NCBI GenBank assembly: GCA_951406725.2
Contig: OX597821.1
Span: 2,666,001-2,730,000, forward strand
Source of the DNA: Octopus vulgaris
Lineage: Eukaryota
Direction of reading: 5' to 3'
DNA length: 64,000 nt
The position numbers and the translations under genes are program-made. The notes under the pieces were generated by a model. The model worked only from the letters and a program-made list of their open reading frames with translations. It did no database searches and was not told the origin of the DNA. Each line of letters opens with the position of its first letter. Within the stretch, counting starts at the first letter, position 1. Positions 58,823-64,000 of this stretch are shown piece after piece.

Positions 58823-60484
58823 TTATATATATATATTTAACTTTGCATAGACCTATACATACATAATTACATATATACATACATACATGTGTTCGTGTTT
58901 GGTAGTGTATGTATATACAAATTTTATATTCACATGATTTTGTATCTTATCAAACGTACAGAAATCAGTAAAACGCCCACACAGAAAGCGAAATTCTAAA
59001 TCCGAAAGCAAGTATACTGATGCGTGTTCTTATTATGATCATTTCATGTGATACATGCATACATATACAGTGACGTTACTGTTTTGTTTATATAAACTGC
59101 AAATCTCACTCAATTCTGGCTCCAGTGTGTCACTTCGAAATTGAAGATATTTCTTATAGAAAAGCTGTTAGATACTATTATAGTGATCTATGTATTAGTT
59201 GGGTCACCAGTTTGCAGACGCATTGGCGTCACATATTTCGAAATTAGCAGGTACCTTCTCTCAGTTTATTCATTTTTGTAGTTGAATAAATCTCCACACA
59301 CTATCGCGAACCAAGTAGGAAGCATTGGTGTACTTCTGTTTTATTAATATTTAATTTTCGACGACAAGACGTAGTGAGAAAGCAGGTGGTATTTTCTCTA
59401 TGTTCGTTAGACGTAAAAATCTGTATTAGGCGCTACATTTCTCTCAAATGCTAATGCATCATAATAGTCGCGATGAGATACGAGATAAGATGACAAAAGA
59501 AAGTAATTCTGAAACATTATTTGTTTGTAATTCTTCGTATAATTGTTTAGATATATCAACTCTACACTTGGTGGACGAATTCAACTAATAACAATTTACA
59601 AAAAAAATATAAATAAATAAAAACACTCTATAAATGGAAAGATATAAATATTAGTAAATTCGCGTGCTGTTACTTTTATAGCGTTATAGACAGTTCGTAT
59701 TCAATCAATGGCAATCTTATTTTTCAAATGTAAATGGTTAAAATTTTCGTATGAGTGAGAGTTACTTGGTACTAGGTATTATGATATGCAGACAACTAGG
59801 GCATATATTTTATTTCGAGATAACAGGGTTTCGCTTTTGGATATCGCAAAACCGATACAAAGTAATGAGCTCGAAAGAAGGGACTGCACGTCTCTGAAAC
59901 TCTCCCGAGCCTCCAGAACTGGATAACGCATATGCGGCGAAGGCACACAACACTAGGAGGTGCAAGGCATATTACGAACAGGTTGTACACCATTAACAGG
60001 ACTAAGATCTATGTGGTGGTGTTAAATTATTGAACAAAGTAAGTCTGCCGCCCAGTCTGTTTAAGAGGAAATATATGACATGTCCTCTTCTCTAAAAAGT
60101 ATATGAGCGGTAACGGTCATTCACACGATATGTGACATTGACCTGTGGCTACACTGAGGCACTGCATTGTAGGATTTTTATAGCAAAAATGCACACCATT
60201 ATCTGTTTCTCAATGTCTGTTAAACAAGCCAGCATCACCTGCCAAGCAGTCAGGTAGGTAGATACGCATCCCTCATAGTTTCCTTGCACGGAATTCCTTG
60301 TCAACCATTTGGTTGCTCTATGGCACTGGTAAAAGTAAGTTTCCAACATGACCCACCGAAGGACGTAAACCGTAACTGCATAGTGGCAAAACGTGGTCAT
60401 TCACAGAACACCTTTTGCATGTGTGATTTATATTGTATATTTTTGTGTTTGTGTGTGCGATTATGTGTGTATAAGTATTGAAAT

Positions 60485-60810
60485 ATGTTGGTATCTTTTA
60501 TCTTATAGTTGTTTCATTATTAGACTGCTGCCATGCTGGAGTACCGCAATGAAAAATATTAGTTGATCTAATCGACACCCTCTCGTACACCGCCATGTCT
60601 TGGGGATGTAAACATACCAATACCGTTTGTCAAGCGATGGCGAGGGACAATCAAAGATACCTCACGCTCGTTTCAGTTTCCACCTTCAACATGCACTGAT
60701 AAGGCTTCGATCTGCCCGAAGATTTAGCATAGGACACTTGCCCAAGGAACCACAGAGTGGGACCAAACCCGGAACCATGTGTTTGGGAAGCCAATGTCTT
60801 ACCGCATAGC
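60485..60810 (-). mobile_element. Degraded SINE family A copy
   Basis: GACACTTGCCCAAGG..CCAC..AGTGGGAC..AACCCGGAACCATGT and GCCATGCTGGAG.ACCGC match the reverse complement of 62875-63270. Confidence 0.7.
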
Positions 60811-61426
60811 ATCTGATTGTATTGTAACTTGCTCGACTGCAATAAAGTGTCTCATAAATACGTCTTTATCAGAACCATCATCAGTTCATCATTATTGTAT
60901 GTGTAACGTCGAGATGGAGATGTTAATCTAAAGTTTATGTTCTCTCTTACACCTGCAACGAAATATGAGGAAAATGTCCTTCTTCGAAACTATATCACAA
61001 ATTTCCATAATCAATTGGAATGAATGCAGGTCATGCCTTTGTCGACAGGATTCCCACGACCAGATTATATATTTACCTATCTGACAAAATGACATAAACA
61101 TACAAAACATCTTATTGGAATACTAAATATTGAGACTGTAATTTCATTATTGATAATACCTTAGTTTATTTGAGGAGCGAATTTAAAAGCTATAATTTCA
61201 TTGGTATCTTCTTTAATGGTATCCATTAGATCAAGGAGAAAATAAAATTGTATAACACACTCATAAAACTTGTAGTTATCTGTGGGAGGAAACAGAGCTT
61301 CTAAGTACACGAGAGTGTGTGAGGAAACATTTTGTCCAATAGATTGAGAACACATCCTCGAATAACGTGCAGAGAAATATCTCTATTGTGATGTGAGGTA
61401 TTCTACCTGTCTGTCTGTCTGTCTAT

Positions 61427-61518
<92 letters not shown>

Positions 61519-61804
61519 TAAATCTATCAATCGAATCTATCAATCTATCTGTCTGTGTATTTGTCTATCTATCTATATTTGGATATTTCATATGTATACG
61601 AGTATATAGCTAAAAACAAACAACAATTACCTAAAGTTACTAATAGAGAAACGAAATTAAACTTTGGAAACAGCAACGCCACCGTAGGTTACGTTGAAAC
61701 GATGAACGTATTTTCAATGGAGATAATCAAATAACGTAACATTGTAATACCTCATGTAAAGTAAATATAATAGATGAAAATTCCTTCGAGAACCCATATA
61801 AATT

Positions 61805-61968
61805 CACGGATCACCACCGAAATTTCATCATCTGTTTCTTGTGTCATTACTAACATTTTCTGCAAGTTTCGTCAAATACCGGTCAAACATTTTTCAGTTA
61901 TTTTGCACACAGACAGACAAACCAACGCCGATAAAAACATAACCTCTTTCCCTTGGCTGAGGTAATAA
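61805..61968 (-). mobile_element. DINE-1/HINE-like (non-autonomous Helentron) terminal block
   Basis: Minus: TTATTACCTCAGCC...GAGGTTATGTTTT stem, GTCTGTCTGT microsatellite, then AAAATAACT.AAAA...TTGACGAAACTTG core. Confidence 0.5.
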
Positions 61969-62067
61969 TGAAATACGTACATGCATACGTATACGCACAC
62001 TACTACACGTACACATACACAGATAGGCACACATATCTATATAGATACATGAAAACGCACACATACA

Positions 62068-62347
<280 letters not shown>

Positions 62348-62791
62348 GTTGTATTTAGGGATGGTGAATTTGCCAGTTTAACCACTATAAACACAGACAC
62401 TATATATTTGGTGTTAACTTGATTCAGCTTTATTTTTACATTAAACTTAATCTTATTTCGGCCAGAGTTCTTTCGTCACACTTCTGTGACCTCATCAGTG
62501 CTCCTTTGCTTTCTTTTTTCTTGTATGTGTGTCTCTCCTTACTAACGATCAGTCATTTTGTGTGTTTATGTGTAGTAAGTGCGTGTGCGTGCGGGCGAGG
62601 AAAGTGCCTGTATTATCTGTATCCCCTGTTTATACACGTTCGCTAATTTGTTTTTTCATTATATTCATCTCTTTATACCTACTTATAACGTTTTTGTATT
62701 TAATAAAACTATTTTTTTTATTAATGTTCATGTATATTGTTAATTAATTCCATTTGTTTCAATGCACGATTTCATATCAAGAATCTTCCAA

Positions 62792-62874
<83 letters not shown>

Positions 62875-62877
<3 letters not shown>

Positions 62878-63269
62878 CGCAGGAGTGGCTATGTGGTACG
62901 TAGCTTGCTAACCAGCCACATTGTTCCGGGTTCAGTCCCACTGCGTGGCATCTTGGGCAAGTGTCTTCTACTACAGTCCCGGGCCGACCAATGCCTTCTG
63001 AGTGGATTTGGTAGACGGACACTAAAAGAAGCCTGTGGTATACATGTATATATATATGTGATTGTGTGTCTGTGTTTGTCCCCTAGCATTGAATGACAAC
63101 CGATGCTGGTGTGTTTACGTTCCCGTCACTTAGCAGTTCGGCAAAAGAGACCGATAGACCAAGTACTGGGCTTACAAAAGAATAAGTCCTGGGGTCGAGT
63201 TGCTCGATTAAAGGTGGTGCTCCAGCATGGCCGCAGTCAAATGACTGAAACAAGTAAAAGAGTAAAAGA

Positions 63270-63270
<1 letters not shown>
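62875..63270 (+). mobile_element. Full-length tRNA-derived SINE (family A)
   Basis: A box TGGCTATGTGG, B box GGGTTCAGTCCC, CTTGGGCAAGTGTCTTC core, internal TA/TG repeat, AAGTAAAAGAG tail; inserted in (TA)n; about 10 partial copies in the window. Confidence 0.88.
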
Positions 63271-63309
<39 letters not shown>

Positions 63310-63515
63310 TCAGGCAGAATCGTAAGCATGCTGATCGAAATGCTTAGCAACATTTCGATACCTTTACTTTCTGTACAGGTCGGCTTTCCTTTGCTTCCTT
63401 TGTGAAGAACTGTGAGTTCTCCACATTAATCGGTAGTCTCGTGCCAAAATTTGGAACCAACATATATCAACATTAATATCTAGTATACACCCCCCACTCA
63501 CACTCGCACACACGC

Positions 63516-63591
<76 letters not shown>

Positions 63592-63751
63592 CTGTATATA
63601 TATATATATATATATGAGCACAAGAGTGACTGAGTATTAAGAAGGTTACTGACCAACTATATGTTTCCATTTGCAGTTCCACTGCGTGCGGCGTTGGGTA
63701 TGTGCCTTCTATATAGCCTCAGGCAAACCAAAACCTTGTGAGTGGATTCGA

Positions 63752-64000
63752 TTTCAACTCGAAAAATTCATTCAATGAAGCTCTCAATTCTGCATTAGTA
63801 TTGAACGAAACTCCACGCATGGCGCTTGAAAGAGGTCGAAAGAGGTGGAAATCCGTTGGTGCCAAATCAGAAGAGTAAAGCGGGTGTGGCAGCACTTTCC
63901 AACCATGCGTTTGAGTGGCTCTCTTGGTCATATTGGTGATATAATGGCGGGCGTTGCCGTGCAGAAGAAGAACTCCATGCTTCCGATTAGATTTTTTCTC
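63752..64000 (-). pseudogene. Mariner transposase C-terminal fragment, running off the window
   Basis: HGVLLLHGNAR...GWKVLPHPLYSSDLAPTDFHLFRPL (YSPDLAPxD motif); truncated against a SINE-A fragment at 63620-63750. Confidence 0.85.

Noticed and set aside
60928-61355. Minus translations loosely like a DIRS-type RNase H (DLHSF.LIMEICDIV...IFLIFR)
   Set aside because: Similarity too weak and fragmented without an HMM search.

Overview
AT-rich, microsatellite-dense eukaryotic DNA, intergenic or intronic, with no confidently identifiable host gene. The SINE and LINE repertoire suggests an Octopus-type cephalopod (inference). Recognisable elements are: a near-full-length degenerate Tx1-clade LINE (11973-17468); several restriction-like-endonuclease (RLE) non-LTR elements of the R4/Dong type, including a near-full-length copy (33512-37526) in (AAT)n arrays followed by an apparently uninterrupted 2.8-kb (AAT)937 tract; a second RLE family associated with (TACA)n; Tc1 and mariner relics; a mariner MITE; a DINE-1/HINE-like fragment; and four tRNA-derived SINE families. 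The most notable unannotated signal is a set of about a dozen type-I minimal hammerhead-ribozyme (HHR) motifs in short non-coding, often palindromic repeats between (TA)n tracts, resembling Penelope-like pLTR remnants. One has a fully canonical core (27172-27235). One has the 3-8 tertiary pair swapped to G3-C8 (56215-56265). One sits on both strands of a near-perfect 158-bp palindrome (54623-54780). Nearly all other ORFs in the track are microsatellite artefacts.
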